In this document: positions 46,736-57,151 of the stretch, in pieces
Layout: every line of letters begins with the position of its first letter
Numbering within the stretch: position 1 is the stretch's first letter
IMG/VR virus record: IMGVR_UViG_2639762822_000001
Reading direction: 5' to 3' (one strand)
DNA length: 64,000 bases
Origin: a virus
Lineage: Duplodnaviria; Heunggongvirae; Uroviricota; Caudoviricetes
The notes under the pieces: model-generated
What the model saw: the letters and a program-made list of their open reading frames with translations, nothing else
The model's database searches: none
What the model was told of the DNA's origin: nothing
Translations under genes and position numbers: made by a program

Positions 46736-47557
46736 TTAAACACGAGTTCCATAAATAGTGCCGACGGTCACCCACGTTGGGGCATTACCATTAACAGCAG
46801 CACCACCAGCCCCACCTGCATACGGAGTGATATTTTTCCCACCTCCAGAATGCGAAGCAGTAGCACCAGCGGAACCCAAGTCCCCCCCTCTCCCGCCAAT
46901 AGATGTTCCAAGGCTTGTGGAAGTATACCCTGCACCTGGTGCCGTAAGCGAAGCATTGCTACCGTTGCCGCCACCATTGGGGAAGGTTTTTGTACCACCG
47001 ATACCAAATGGTCGCCCACCGCCGCCGCCTGAATATGTTGGTTTATTATTACCAGCCCCTACAGCGCCACCGCCTCCACCACCGCCTCCAATAATGCCGT
47101 TATTTTGGATGCGAAGTTTAGTTCCGATGGCATTGGTGATTGCAGGACCGCCAGGCTTACCGATGTTGGCATCACCATTTCCGCCGCCGCCGCCATTTCC
47201 GCCGCGTCCCAGCACCATTTGTCCCGAGTTAATCACAAGCAAAATATAAGCGCAGCCGGCAAGCTCGCTTGTAAAATTGAGACATGGCGCACCGGTGGAA
47301 CTGGACACAATGGTTCCGGTGATATTAACCCTGAAAGCGTTGTCCTTCACCCCTAATGATTTGATCTGACTCACCAAAGTAGACCAAGAATAGTTGTTGT
47401 TCGCTGACACATTAATAACCTGCTCTCTGGACTTGCCTACCAAGGTTTTTATCCAGAAAGGAGGACTAACCTGAACAGCTCTACCGGCAGCTGACATCCA
47501 CCGTTGCCCCGTCTCATTCACTGCGGAAGATCCGACCCATCCTGATCCAATCGCCAT
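46736..47557 (-). CDS. glycine-rich tail fibre-associated protein
   Basis: Poly-Gly/Asn/Ser tracts typical of distal tail fibre or adhesin proteins; immediately downstream of the tail fibre gene. Confidence 0.5.
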   Translation of the reverse strand: MAIGSGWVGSSAVNETGQRWMSAAGRAVQVSPPFWIKTLVGKSREQVINVSANNNYSWSTLVSQIKSLGVKDNAFRVNITGTIVSSSTGAPCLNFTSELAGCAYILLVINSGQMVLGRGGNGGGGGNGDANIGKPGGPAITNAIGTKLRIQNNGIIGGGGGGGGAVGAGNNKPTYSGGGGGRPFGIGGTKTFPNGGGNGSNASLTAPGAGYTSTSLGTSIGGRGGDLGSAGATASHSGGGKNITPYAGGAGGAAVNGNAPTWVTVGTIYGTRV

Positions 47558-50500
47558 TATCTGCTCTCCTTGATTTCACGGATTTCATCGCGCAGCTCTT
47601 TTACCGCTTCGACCAACAACCCAATGACGCCGTTGTAGTTCAGACGCAGACGCTCTTCCCCAGATTGGTCATTTTTGTCAACCGTTACCAGTTCTGGCTG
47701 CACCTTTTGAACATCCTGCGCGATCAGACCACCAGACTGCTCGTATCGGTCGTAAACTTTAATCTCATAAAGAACACCTTCAATCTGCTCCAGCTTGTCG
47801 AGCGCACTATCAATTCTACGGATATTGCGCTTACTTCTACGATCAGAACGGATATATACATCATTGAAACTACCATTACCGCCGCAATACCATACCCCAT
47901 CGCTTTGAAGAAATGCCTGAGCATCGGTACCATTTGCAGTACGCGAGTTATTTATCATGTAAAAACCGAACTGGCTGTTACCCAGACCTCCGACGAAAAA
48001 CTTACGATCGGCATGATCTTGTCTCAGTAACGCCTGTGCTGAACTTGTCGCCACAGCATTACGTCCAAAGATAACGTTCTGATCGCGCATACTAATCCAC
48101 GAGCCGGAACCACTATTAATGGCAAAACGGTTGGCGTAAACCCATGCACTGGAGGTAATGTCGCCAGAAACAGAAAGAGGTTTATTACTTTGTAAGGTTG
48201 AGTTTATAAACCGAAACACATGAGCGCTGTTAGCATATACATCCAGAACTCCATCCCCATTTTGCTTAAATCCGGTATCGTTATCGCCAAGAACAATAGA
48301 GTTTCCCCCTAACCCGTTAGCCACGCCTATTCCAAGCGCACCATTAATAACAGCCCCACCAGAAACAGACAGCCCATTGGATACTGACATTTGTCCAGAA
48401 GCATTATTGATGGTTAACGGACGAAGACCATTCCATCCGCCATATGCATTACCTGAAGGAGTTAAAAGAAAGTAGGTGTTTCCGCCGTCATTCCTGATAA
48501 TGAAACCAAAATTCCCGCTTACTGCTCTGAATTGCCCCCCATCGCCTTTAACTGACGAGACCTGAACCTCGCCACGGAAACGTGCATATTGTGCTGTTGA
48601 AATTTGCAGTTCTTCCTGTGAGTCGGTATTACCAGTTGCTAAACGATAAACGCCGCCCTGAACAGTTTCATGCCATATAGTATCTGCATTGCCGCCACGC
48701 ATTTTCCTCAGGAAGTTTTTTGAACCTGTTGCAGTCGTGCTCAATGCACTCATGCAATATACATTTTGGTTCAAACCATCTTGATTAATGGTGCCGCCGC
48801 CAGGGAGGGTAAATACGCCATCTTCACCGAATACAAAATCTCCGGAAGAAGCAGTATTGCCAGAGACTTTATTAGGAGTTCCACAGTTGATGCGGATACC
48901 CTGGCGTCGTGAAGAATGATCCACTCCATCTTTGAAGATGTATCCGTCTACTGCTGTAGTCCCATCATTTTTAGTGTATTCAAAACGGATATGCCTGTTA
49001 ACGAGATTCCTAAAAGTAATATCACCCGTTGTTAACATGCCTGGTGTTGTTAATGCACCTGTTAAAGCCCCTCCCGCAATTGGTAACGCCCCGATGTCCG
49101 CAGGGGTTGGCTTATTGAGAGTGGTATATATTTGCGCCCAAGCCGACCAGTTGGCATCCGTTGAATCTCGGCGCGAACGAACATAAACCGGGGCATGGGC
49201 ACCACTCGTACCACTCCAGCCAATTAAAAGTTCTCCCTCGCCAACAGCTGCCGAACCTTTGAGGTGAACAACATTCCCGTACGCTACGGGGTAACCATTG
49301 TTGTAGGCTTCATACATCTGGATGCCAGGCATTGCACCCTGAGTGTTAGCACCCAATGCCGTAACTCGGCCACGAGAAACTAGTGTCGGGATACTGATGT
49401 TTGCCGTGCCATCGAAAGAGACGTTGTTAATGGTTCTCGGTGTCTGCAACTTACTCGCCGATACGGCATTAGCGTTTGAAGCAAGAGCGCCAATATCGGC
49501 AGGCGTAGGTTTATTGCGAGTATTATACAAACGTCGCCAACCAGGCGCGTAGCCATCACCATTATTAATGTATATAAACTCGGCGTTAGTAATTCCCCCA
49601 TGCCCTGTGGTTGTGGGGGTTGTGACACGTATTGTGTAGCTACTTGTATTTGCATTACTGAAAACTTCAATTACCGACCCAGAGAGGTCAATCCTGCCGC
49701 ATCCGGTATCGTCAATGTAATTGTTGCCCGCGTAGGCCCATGAGCACCGGGCGATCCAACATTTGTATTCAAAAGCACCTTGTTCATTGAGCCATGTTAC
49801 GAATTGGGCAGTTGTAAAAGGCGAACCATTTCCACTATTCAGCCAACCGCTAACCGCTGCTGCTGCATTTATGTTGGCTGGACTGATGCTAATGTCGGAA
49901 GAACCGTCAAAATTTACACCTGCAATTTTTCTTGCAGTTTGCAGTTTCGTGGCGGTAGCGGCATTTCCAACCAAAGAGCCAGAGATGGAGCCATTGATGT
50001 CTGAAAGTACTCGGTGATATACCGTTCCCTCGACCGCACCTTCCGGCAACGAGTCAACCGACTCGATTACATCCAGTGTTTCTACCGCGGCGCCGGAGAA
50101 TTGTAGGTTAACAATCAACTTCTTAGCGCCCGCTCCCACATGGAGGAAGATGTCGTAATTATCTTCGTCGGTATTCACGGTAGCCAAGCTATTTACGGCG
50201 GAGTCCTGCGTTAAATAGGCAACCGCATTGAGACCTCGCGGATCATCGTCCGCGGTTCGCAGAACAATATCAGCCATCGCCGCCTGGCCTGGGCTATCGG
50301 CCTCATAACCAGCGCCACCGATCACTTCGATGTAGACAGTGCTGGTCGCTTGCGGCATACGCGCACGCGAGATTTTTACCCACTTGGGCGTTTCAGAAGT
50401 CAAATCAAGTTCGGCGGATGTACCCTTCCATTTCACACTGGCGACACTGGACTGCGCATTCTGCGCATATTCATAGGCCTTGTCCTCAGACGCTTTCGCT

Positions 50501-51792
50501 TTCGTTTGAGATGCTTTGGCCTCAGCCGCCGAAGTCGAGGCCTCGGACGCTTTTGCTGTCGCGAGTGTGGCCGACTCAGCGGCTTCTGCTGCATTTGCTT
50601 CAACACTTGCCAGAGCATCACTTGCGGTTGTAGCTGATGCGGCTGCGCTTGCTTCATACTTCTTAGCCTCACCAACGCTTGATGCGGCCGCGTCTTTGCT
50701 AGCCTCTGCCGCATCAGCATACTCACCAGCTGTAGCGGCGCTTCCCGCCGCCGCGTCAGCGCTTAAACCGGCAGCCACTTTGCTCGCGGAGGCGGCGGTT
50801 TCCGAGGCGGCAGCGTTGGTCTCAGACACTTTAGCCGCGGCAGCGCTGGTGGCCGACCCATCGGCGCTCTGCGCCGCGTTTGTTTCAGATGTTTTGGATG
50901 CGTTCTGAGATGCAAGAGCGGCGGCTGCACTGCCCGCTGCTGCGCTTTCCGATGCGGCGGCATTGCTCTCAGAAACTTCAGCAGCTGCGGCGGAATTAGA
51001 TGCTGCGGTCGCGGAATCCGCAGCAGAGACAGCACTGCCAGCAGCGTTAGTTTCTGAAGCTTTCGCGGCATTTTTTGACGCTGCGGCACTCGAAGCAGAT
51101 GCCCCTGCTTCGGCGGCTTTCTCCGTTGCGGTGGCAGCTGAAGCTACAGCAGTCTCTTTATGGCTTTCTGCATTCGTTTCGGAGGTCTTTGCACCCTTAG
51201 CGGCTTCGCTGGCAACGCCTTCGGATGCAGCTGCTGCTGCGGCACTGTTACTGGCTTCAGTCGCCTTTGTTCCGGCAGTGCTTGCGCTATTGGCAGCTGC
51301 CGCTGCGCTGGCGGCGGCCTGTTTAGCTTTGTCGCCCGCGGCATCGATTGCATCCGCATTGTCCCTGTACCATTGCTGGTTGGCATTGTGCTCATCGACG
51401 ATTTGGGTGAGCGATTTAACCGTTACCTCAGTACCATCCTCGCGTTCGAGTGTCACTTCATCAATGGCAGTTAACCAGCTTCTCATTGTCTTCGAGTCGG
51501 CTGACATTCGGGTCATCAATGCTGTAAAGCGGGCGCTGAACTGGGTCAGATCGCCTTCATAGGTAGTGATGATCCGGCATGGGACCTCATTCTGGGTCTC
51601 ACCAGTGTACTGCTCCATGAGTGTCAAGCGGGTGTCATTTAGCACGCGCTTAATTTCGTACAGCCTGTTATCGGGTCCGATGACAATCATACCCGGCAAT
51701 ACACCATTGGCAGTGACGTTCCAAAACGTACCAGTGCCCTCAAGTGTGTCACTTCCCTTTGTAAATGTGATAGTACCTTCCCTGTACCACAT
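47557..51792 (-). CDS. tail fibre protein with C-terminal intramolecular chaperone (peptidase S74-like) domain
   Basis: Start at the internal ATG with AAGGAG ribosome-binding site; long Ala/Ser-rich repeat region; C-terminal ...SDRRSKRNI...LDKLEQIEGVLYEIKVYD...LLVEAVKELRDEIREIKE resembles the auto-cleaving chaperone domains of T5 pb1 and K1F endosialidase. Confidence 0.8.
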   Translation of the reverse strand: MWYREGTITFTKGSDTLEGTGTFWNVTANGVLPGMIVIGPDNRLYEIKRVLNDTRLTLMEQYTGETQNEVPCRIITTYEGDLTQFSARFTALMTRMSADSKTMRSWLTAIDEVTLEREDGTEVTVKSLTQIVDEHNANQQWYRDNADAIDAAGDKAKQAAASAAAAANSASTAGTKATEASNSAAAAAASEGVASEAAKGAKTSETNAESHKETAVASAATATEKAAEAGASASSAAASKNAAKASETNAAGSAVSAADSATAASNSAAAAEVSESNAAASESAAAGSAAAALASQNASKTSETNAAQSADGSATSAAAAKVSETNAAASETAASASKVAAGLSADAAAGSAATAGEYADAAEASKDAAASSVGEAKKYEASAAASATTASDALASVEANAAEAAESATLATAKASEASTSAAEAKASQTKAKASEDKAYEYAQNAQSSVASVKWKGTSAELDLTSETPKWVKISRARMPQATSTVYIEVIGGAGYEADSPGQAAMADIVLRTADDDPRGLNAVAYLTQDSAVNSLATVNTDEDNYDIFLHVGAGAKKLIVNLQFSGAAVETLDVIESVDSLPEGAVEGTVYHRVLSDINGSISGSLVGNAATATKLQTARKIAGVNFDGSSDISISPANINAAAAVSGWLNSGNGSPFTTAQFVTWLNEQGAFEYKCWIARCSWAYAGNNYIDDTGCGRIDLSGSVIEVFSNANTSSYTIRVTTPTTTGHGGITNAEFIYINNGDGYAPGWRRLYNTRNKPTPADIGALASNANAVSASKLQTPRTINNVSFDGTANISIPTLVSRGRVTALGANTQGAMPGIQMYEAYNNGYPVAYGNVVHLKGSAAVGEGELLIGWSGTSGAHAPVYVRSRRDSTDANWSAWAQIYTTLNKPTPADIGALPIAGGALTGALTTPGMLTTGDITFRNLVNRHIRFEYTKNDGTTAVDGYIFKDGVDHSSRRQGIRINCGTPNKVSGNTASSGDFVFGEDGVFTLPGGGTINQDGLNQNVYCMSALSTTATGSKNFLRKMRGGNADTIWHETVQGGVYRLATGNTDSQEELQISTAQYARFRGEVQVSSVKGDGGQFRAVSGNFGFIIRNDGGNTYFLLTPSGNAYGGWNGLRPLTINNASGQMSVSNGLSVSGGAVINGALGIGVANGLGGNSIVLGDNDTGFKQNGDGVLDVYANSAHVFRFINSTLQSNKPLSVSGDITSSAWVYANRFAINSGSGSWISMRDQNVIFGRNAVATSSAQALLRQDHADRKFFVGGLGNSQFGFYMINNSRTANGTDAQAFLQSDGVWYCGGNGSFNDVYIRSDRRSKRNIRRIDSALDKLEQIEGVLYEIKVYDRYEQSGGLIAQDVQKVQPELVTVDKNDQSGEERLRLNYNGVIGLLVEAVKELRDEIREIKESR
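50440..51260 (-). repeat. Ala/Ser-rich low-complexity repeat region within the tail fibre gene
   Basis: Reiterated ASETNAA/SAAAA units in the protein; GC-rich GCNGCN runs in the DNA. Confidence 0.45.
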
Positions 51793-51855
51793 ATTCGCTC
51801 CTTGAAAGTGCGGGCATTCCCGCCCGCATAAGTAAGTACACACCTATCATTGTAA

Positions 51856-54800
51856 TTAATGAATTGTCACCGAACCAGAAATTTTATATAGCATTAGAAT
51901 TCCTGTGAACTGGAGATACCCCTTATCGCCCCTGTTTGGGAACTGAACTGTCAGGTTTTGGGTCGTGCCATACGACGAAGCCGGTATCCTTAATAACAAG
52001 TTATTCCATTTTTTTGTAGAATCGCCACTTGAACCATCGTTTCCTGTGTCATATTGGAAAACGATCGACTCATCACATCTAATTGTAACGTTCTGTCGCC
52101 AAATGGTATGCGCAGCAGTTGTCCCTAAAAATAAAAAAACTCTTTCGAAAGGTGCACCATGTATGGTTGCAATTGGGTAACGCGTACCTGAGCTAGTGCC
52201 ACTAACATTTCCCCAAACCTTATCGGTCAAATTGGATGATGCTGTAATAATGTCTCCATAGATGTTTTCAGCGAATAGCTTTTTAACAGTACATGTCTCA
52301 TCAATTACGACATTACTCATCCTTCCCGTTGTTGCAATAATCTCCCCTCTGGCTTTGATGTTCTGAAATTCAGAAGAGCCATTTTTGTTTATATTCCACC
52401 CTCTGACACCGCTTTGGAAGTCGTTAGACTGAATGAACTGCCCTATTTTTGCATTATCGATAGTGCCATTTTGTATCCAAGCTCCGCTCATATATGCCAC
52501 ACCGTTTTCAATGACGAAAGGCGTTGTAACCTTTCCATTCACTGAGTTCACCAACCCAAAACGGTCGGCTTGAACAAGGAATTGAGACAGACCAGTGCTG
52601 TCGATCCCCAACGCAATGCCGGCAACATACTTCTGCCCACCGCTTGTCGATGTCTCCATCTTAAGCGTCCAGGCTGTAGAGACTTTTTTATTGGTGTCCG
52701 CAATAGCTGTCGCCTGTTGTTTAATCGTTGCAGAGTTACCGTCAACAGAGGCTTTTAGCGTATCGATACGTGATCCCAACGCCCCATCAGCATTTGCCCT
52801 GGCGTTCGCCTCGGACGTAACTGCTGCATTAATATCCTTGCCAGTCTGGGCTTTCAGGCTTGTGATCTGCCCGGCCAGCGCCGAATCGGCATCGGTACGA
52901 GCTTTAGTCTCAGTAGCAACCGCTGCTTTGATGTCCTGCGCAGTCTGGGCCTTTAACGTGCTGATCTGAGTTGCCAGTGCGCTATCTGCGTCAGTACGCG
53001 CTTTCGTTTCACTGGCAACTGCCGCCTTAATATCCTCACCTGTCTGGGCCTTGAGGCTGGTAATCTGTTTGGATAATGCCTCATCCCCCGAAGCTCGGGC
53101 GATCTGCTCTTCGGTAAGAGCCGCACTAATGTCACCTTCTACCTTCGCCTGCAGTGACGTAATCTGCCTGGACAGGGATTCATCCGCAGTGGCTCGGGCC
53201 TCCTGCTCAGAAACAATGGCCGCAGAAATATCATCATTGATCTGGGCTTCCAACTTGGTGATTTGTGTTGCGATCGCCTTATCAGCTTCAACACGAGCCG
53301 TTGTCTCTTCGGTAATCGATGCCCGGATGTCCTCACCAATCTCTGCGCGGATCTCTTCCACTTTGGAGGCCATCGCAGACATATCGTCAGCAAAGGTCTT
53401 TTGAGTGGTGGCAATCTTGGCATTATTGACCATCTGCTTATGCTGGTCTTCGTCCTGTCGCAGCGCGAGGTCGATGTTGGTTTTGGCCAATGCCTCGATA
53501 TTAGTCGTCACTTCTGCGCTGGCACGTTCGACTTCGGCAACGGTCTTTTTCATCTCCTCTACAGCGGCTACGCTATCATCAACAGAAGACTTCATCGCCT
53601 CAATCTGCTTGGCGTTCGCCTTGTCACCCTCTACTCTGGCCTCTCGCTCTTCAGCAATTAAGGCAGATGAATTGTCCAGAGCCGCTTGAGCCGCTTCAAC
53701 CGCGCCGGCCACTGCTTTACCCTGTTCAGACACAGTTTCCTGCAATTCAACCAGGGCGGCGTTTGAGTCTTCGACTTGACTCAGCGCCTCGTTAACCTTA
53801 TCGAGCGTGCCAGACACCTCTGTTTTCAGGTCATTCTGGGCCTGCTCAAGTCTTTCGCTTGTCTCTGACAGCTTCCCGTCTAGATCGGAAACAGACTGGT
53901 CGAGTTCTTTGAGGCTTTCCTCCATCTGCTTATTGATGGCGTCAACGGCTTCTTGAGAGGCTTTGGTGTCAATTTCCTCCAACAGCTCCTGCCCCAGCTC
54001 AGAAGACGTGATCTTACCTGTCAGGAAAGAAAGCACGTCTTTCGTCATAGCCTCTGTACCCAGATTAGAGTTAGGTGGACTCAACATGCCTCGTTTATTG
54101 GCTGCGCGTACCCAATAGAACCAGGTCTCGCTATCCCCTAAACCTGCATGGGTAAAGGTCGTGCTGGCAGACTCAGCGATCAGCTTGGCTGTGTCCAGAT
54201 TGTTAGTCTGGGATGCATATACGTTGATATGGTCGAGGTCGATTGAGTCTGGGTTTACCCAATTCAAAATCACATTTCGATAGTCGCCAACGGCCGTCAA
54301 AGTAGTCGGGGCGTCAGGCGGAGTCATAGTTCCCTGCACTTTGTATACGGTGCTGATAATCTCCGTTTTCTTACCGCCAAACGACACTGCGTACAGCTGG
54401 ATGTCGTACTGCCCGTTTTCAGCAATATTGATGATCTCATATTGCTCTTCCGTTACGCGTGCCGACTGCCAGTTAGAAACATTGTTAGCATCAGAACGTC
54501 GCCAGCTGATCCAGTATTCAGCAGATTTACCTTCCCACGTAGCAATGAGCTTGATTGAAAGGTTACCCGGGCTGGAAATATACGTCCCTTCCGTAACATG
54601 CAAATTTGTCGGCTTCGAGAAAGTCGGGTCAAGAACAGTATTGTTTTCCGGAATCAACGTCGCCCCGTTGTCGATGGCTTCGTATTTCGATGGGTTGTTC
54701 TGGACAACCGTAACATCGAAAGATCCCTGGGCATCACCTTGCGCAACGTTAATAACACGCACACGCATTGGCTCCAGATCTGGCTCGGTGATAGTCCAGA

Positions 54801-56550
54801 TGCCGTTCAACACAGGCATGTCGCCTGACGACAGCGATTTTGAGAAGGTAACTTTGGTAAGGTTCTCACCGGTTTCAAGAATGTCTCTCTCAACGATTTG
54901 ACCTTCCTGATTCATGACACGGATGTAGCTGCCGCTTTTCTTCAGCGTTACCGGCGCATCGAGCGTGATGCTGTTTTTGTTGAACGCCATAATGCGCCCG
55001 GAATTGCGTTTGCCGGCGCGATATTTGTTCTGGATCAGAACTGTCTCGCCAGGTATTAAAAAAGAGGCATCCAGACCCGCAGTAAAGGTGATTACGTCAG
55101 ATTCCATGCGAGCGGTATACAGGAGCCACAAACCGATTCGATGAGCCTGGCCACGACTGGTGCAGCCAAACGCCACGACTTCAGTTTTGCGCTCGCCATA
55201 GCGACGCATCGCCTCCTGGTCTTCAACGTATTCGATGTTCTGCTTATAGCCATCTTCCTTGTTGTTGTAGGTTACAAGTGCAACGGAAGGACGGTCTTTG
55301 CGAGCAGATCCTTTGTAGCTGAATAGACCATCTTTCACGTTGGCATTGGTGAACATCATTACCGGATCGGACGGGCTATCCTGCATGACATTGACCATAC
55401 CACCAGCCCAGAAAACCATACCGCGGAACGCTCCAGCGATGTCTTGAATCAGTCGGTAAGCGTCCTGTCGGCTCGTAATCTGAGTGTTGATGGCGAAGCG
55501 TTTTTCTTTACCGCCGAAACCATCGTCGATCTCTTCATCGCAATAGCGACCAATTTGGTAGAGCTGCCCAAGGTCGATCATGGATTCAGAAACAAACTGC
55601 CCGAGGCCGTAACGTGTGTTTGTCAGGACGTCAAACAGAATCCACGCCGGGTTCGAAGATGACAACAATTTGAAAGTGCCATCCCAGATGCCTACATAGG
55701 TGTTGGTTTGCTCGTTGTAGTTTGACGGCACACGAATTTTTAGACCGCGTACCAGGTACGAACGAGAAGGCATAGAACTACCAAACTGCTCGGAGTTAAC
55801 CTTTAGCCCCACCAGAGCGGAATTCGGGTAGTTCATTGGCGTATCAACGATCTCACCAATCGAGTCAACCCAGGTGTCGTTATATAGATATTGGGTATTA
55901 CTGTCGTCAGTAAGCCGGATGACGCGAACCTTATATGCCCGTCCAGGTTTAGGAAGCTTCAGCTCATAGCTGCGGTAGTAAACGCCTGTTTTCTTCGCTG
56001 TCAGCGCGATCTCAACGTTTTTCTCTCCTTCAGCAACCACGTCAGAGAATGTCCCGTCGCCGTTGGCGATCTGGAACTTGTACTGGACGGTCGTACCATT
56101 GGTATCCCCGGACTTTTTATCCACGCTACGCAATGAAGGAAACTTGAGGATGACGCGAACGCGATCGACTTCGTCGTTGTCGATTGAGACCGTAACGTCA
56201 TGCGTTTTTTTCAACTGAATGTTGATGGACTTCGGCGTCTCAACGAAATCAAAACCGGCCATAGGCGTCTGGTCTTGAGAGCCATCGCGAAAATCCCATG
56301 TTATGCCGCTGTAGTTTGCAGAGCCGTCTTCGTTGAGGATCGGCAGATCATCGATAAAAATCGACTTCGCGCCATCTACCAGGCCACCAATAACACCTTC
56401 CCCGAGTAGATCGAGGATGGATGCCATAGCACGCGAGTTAACGGTATCATCCGCTTCAACCGGTGTGCGGCTTGAGCCACTGCTTTTCTTACCGCCTGCA
56501 CCTGCGATCAGGAGAGGAAGTCTTTTCTTCTTGAACTGTTCCATGTTCAA
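51856..56550 (-). CDS. lambda gpJ-like tail tip/host-specificity protein with C-terminal coiled-coil repeat extension
   Basis: N-terminus ...ILDLLGEGVIGGLVDG... matches the gpJ N-terminal pattern; 1564 aa; follows the I, K, L homologues. Confidence 0.75.
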   Translation of the reverse strand: MNMEQFKKKRLPLLIAGAGGKKSSGSSRTPVEADDTVNSRAMASILDLLGEGVIGGLVDGAKSIFIDDLPILNEDGSANYSGITWDFRDGSQDQTPMAGFDFVETPKSINIQLKKTHDVTVSIDNDEVDRVRVILKFPSLRSVDKKSGDTNGTTVQYKFQIANGDGTFSDVVAEGEKNVEIALTAKKTGVYYRSYELKLPKPGRAYKVRVIRLTDDSNTQYLYNDTWVDSIGEIVDTPMNYPNSALVGLKVNSEQFGSSMPSRSYLVRGLKIRVPSNYNEQTNTYVGIWDGTFKLLSSSNPAWILFDVLTNTRYGLGQFVSESMIDLGQLYQIGRYCDEEIDDGFGGKEKRFAINTQITSRQDAYRLIQDIAGAFRGMVFWAGGMVNVMQDSPSDPVMMFTNANVKDGLFSYKGSARKDRPSVALVTYNNKEDGYKQNIEYVEDQEAMRRYGERKTEVVAFGCTSRGQAHRIGLWLLYTARMESDVITFTAGLDASFLIPGETVLIQNKYRAGKRNSGRIMAFNKNSITLDAPVTLKKSGSYIRVMNQEGQIVERDILETGENLTKVTFSKSLSSGDMPVLNGIWTITEPDLEPMRVRVINVAQGDAQGSFDVTVVQNNPSKYEAIDNGATLIPENNTVLDPTFSKPTNLHVTEGTYISSPGNLSIKLIATWEGKSAEYWISWRRSDANNVSNWQSARVTEEQYEIINIAENGQYDIQLYAVSFGGKKTEIISTVYKVQGTMTPPDAPTTLTAVGDYRNVILNWVNPDSIDLDHINVYASQTNNLDTAKLIAESASTTFTHAGLGDSETWFYWVRAANKRGMLSPPNSNLGTEAMTKDVLSFLTGKITSSELGQELLEEIDTKASQEAVDAINKQMEESLKELDQSVSDLDGKLSETSERLEQAQNDLKTEVSGTLDKVNEALSQVEDSNAALVELQETVSEQGKAVAGAVEAAQAALDNSSALIAEEREARVEGDKANAKQIEAMKSSVDDSVAAVEEMKKTVAEVERASAEVTTNIEALAKTNIDLALRQDEDQHKQMVNNAKIATTQKTFADDMSAMASKVEEIRAEIGEDIRASITEETTARVEADKAIATQITKLEAQINDDISAAIVSEQEARATADESLSRQITSLQAKVEGDISAALTEEQIARASGDEALSKQITSLKAQTGEDIKAAVASETKARTDADSALATQISTLKAQTAQDIKAAVATETKARTDADSALAGQITSLKAQTGKDINAAVTSEANARANADGALGSRIDTLKASVDGNSATIKQQATAIADTNKKVSTAWTLKMETSTSGGQKYVAGIALGIDSTGLSQFLVQADRFGLVNSVNGKVTTPFVIENGVAYMSGAWIQNGTIDNAKIGQFIQSNDFQSGVRGWNINKNGSSEFQNIKARGEIIATTGRMSNVVIDETCTVKKLFAENIYGDIITASSNLTDKVWGNVSGTSSGTRYPIATIHGAPFERVFLFLGTTAAHTIWRQNVTIRCDESIVFQYDTGNDGSSGDSTKKWNNLLLRIPASSYGTTQNLTVQFPNRGDKGYLQFTGILMLYKISGSVTIH
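52745..53520 (-). repeat. tandem repeats of about 90 bp (30 aa) inside the J-like gene
   Basis: Repeated QITSLKAQTGEDIKAAVASETKARTDADSALAT units, at least 6 copies. Confidence 0.5.
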
Positions 56551-56560
56551 AAATCCCTTA

Positions 56561-57151
56561 TTACATAAGCTGGTCGATAGTGATTGAAGAACTCACAACC
56601 TGCGAACCAACCAAAATTTCTTCTCCGTAGATGAGCTGCACCGGATTGCCCTGATTGGTGGTGTTCTGCGGCCCATCGAAATAAAACGAGTTGGAATTGT
56701 CTGCCTGCCGAACGCTATCATTCGTAGCCTGTGGGGAGATCAGCTGCGCCACCCCCCCCATCATCAGAGACAATCCCAACGGTGCGAGGGCGGGAACCCA
56801 GATTGAGGCAACTAACAGGACTGCGCCGACAACGGTCTGAAACCACCCAAATGCAGAGCCGCCGCTACCGCGAGGAACTGGCGTGATACGGATCTTCGCG
56901 ATATTTTCAGACTGACCCATCATCTGGTATTCACCTTCGTCGACAGACCATTTGTGGCCTTGTTTGTTGGTGATCTGGATGTGGTAACTGTCATATCTTT
57001 TAATGTTGCGCTTCATCCAGGCTTTAAATCCCGGTCGATTTGCGTCGATTAAATCCAGCGCCTGCTTTGTATTACGCACCTTTAAATGCCAGTGGCGGCC
57101 AAAGTGTTTGGCCATCGGGCCGCCAAGTTGAACATGAACTAACTCAGACAC
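56561..57151 (-). CDS. lambda gpI-like tail assembly protein
   Basis: Size, position and C-terminal hydrophobic/Gly-rich segment PRGSGGSAFGWFQTVVGAVLLVASIW. Confidence 0.7.
   Translation of the reverse strand: MSELVHVQLGGPMAKHFGRHWHLKVRNTKQALDLIDANRPGFKAWMKRNIKRYDSYHIQITNKQGHKWSVDEGEYQMMGQSENIAKIRITPVPRGSGGSAFGWFQTVVGAVLLVASIWVPALAPLGLSLMMGGVAQLISPQATNDSVRQADNSNSFYFDGPQNTTNQGNPVQLIYGEEILVGSQVVSSSITIDQLM

Noticed and set aside
46758-47249. Pro-rich 163-aa plus-strand ORF
   Set aside because: Antisense to the glycine-rich tail protein gene (GGN repeats read as CCN on the other strand)
50350-51562. Plus-strand Ala/Ser/Arg-rich ORFs (50516..50908, 50963..51562 and others) and the minus-strand Pro-rich ORF 50763..51089
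   Set aside because: All are alternate frames of the GC-rich Ala/Ser repeat region of the tail fibre gene
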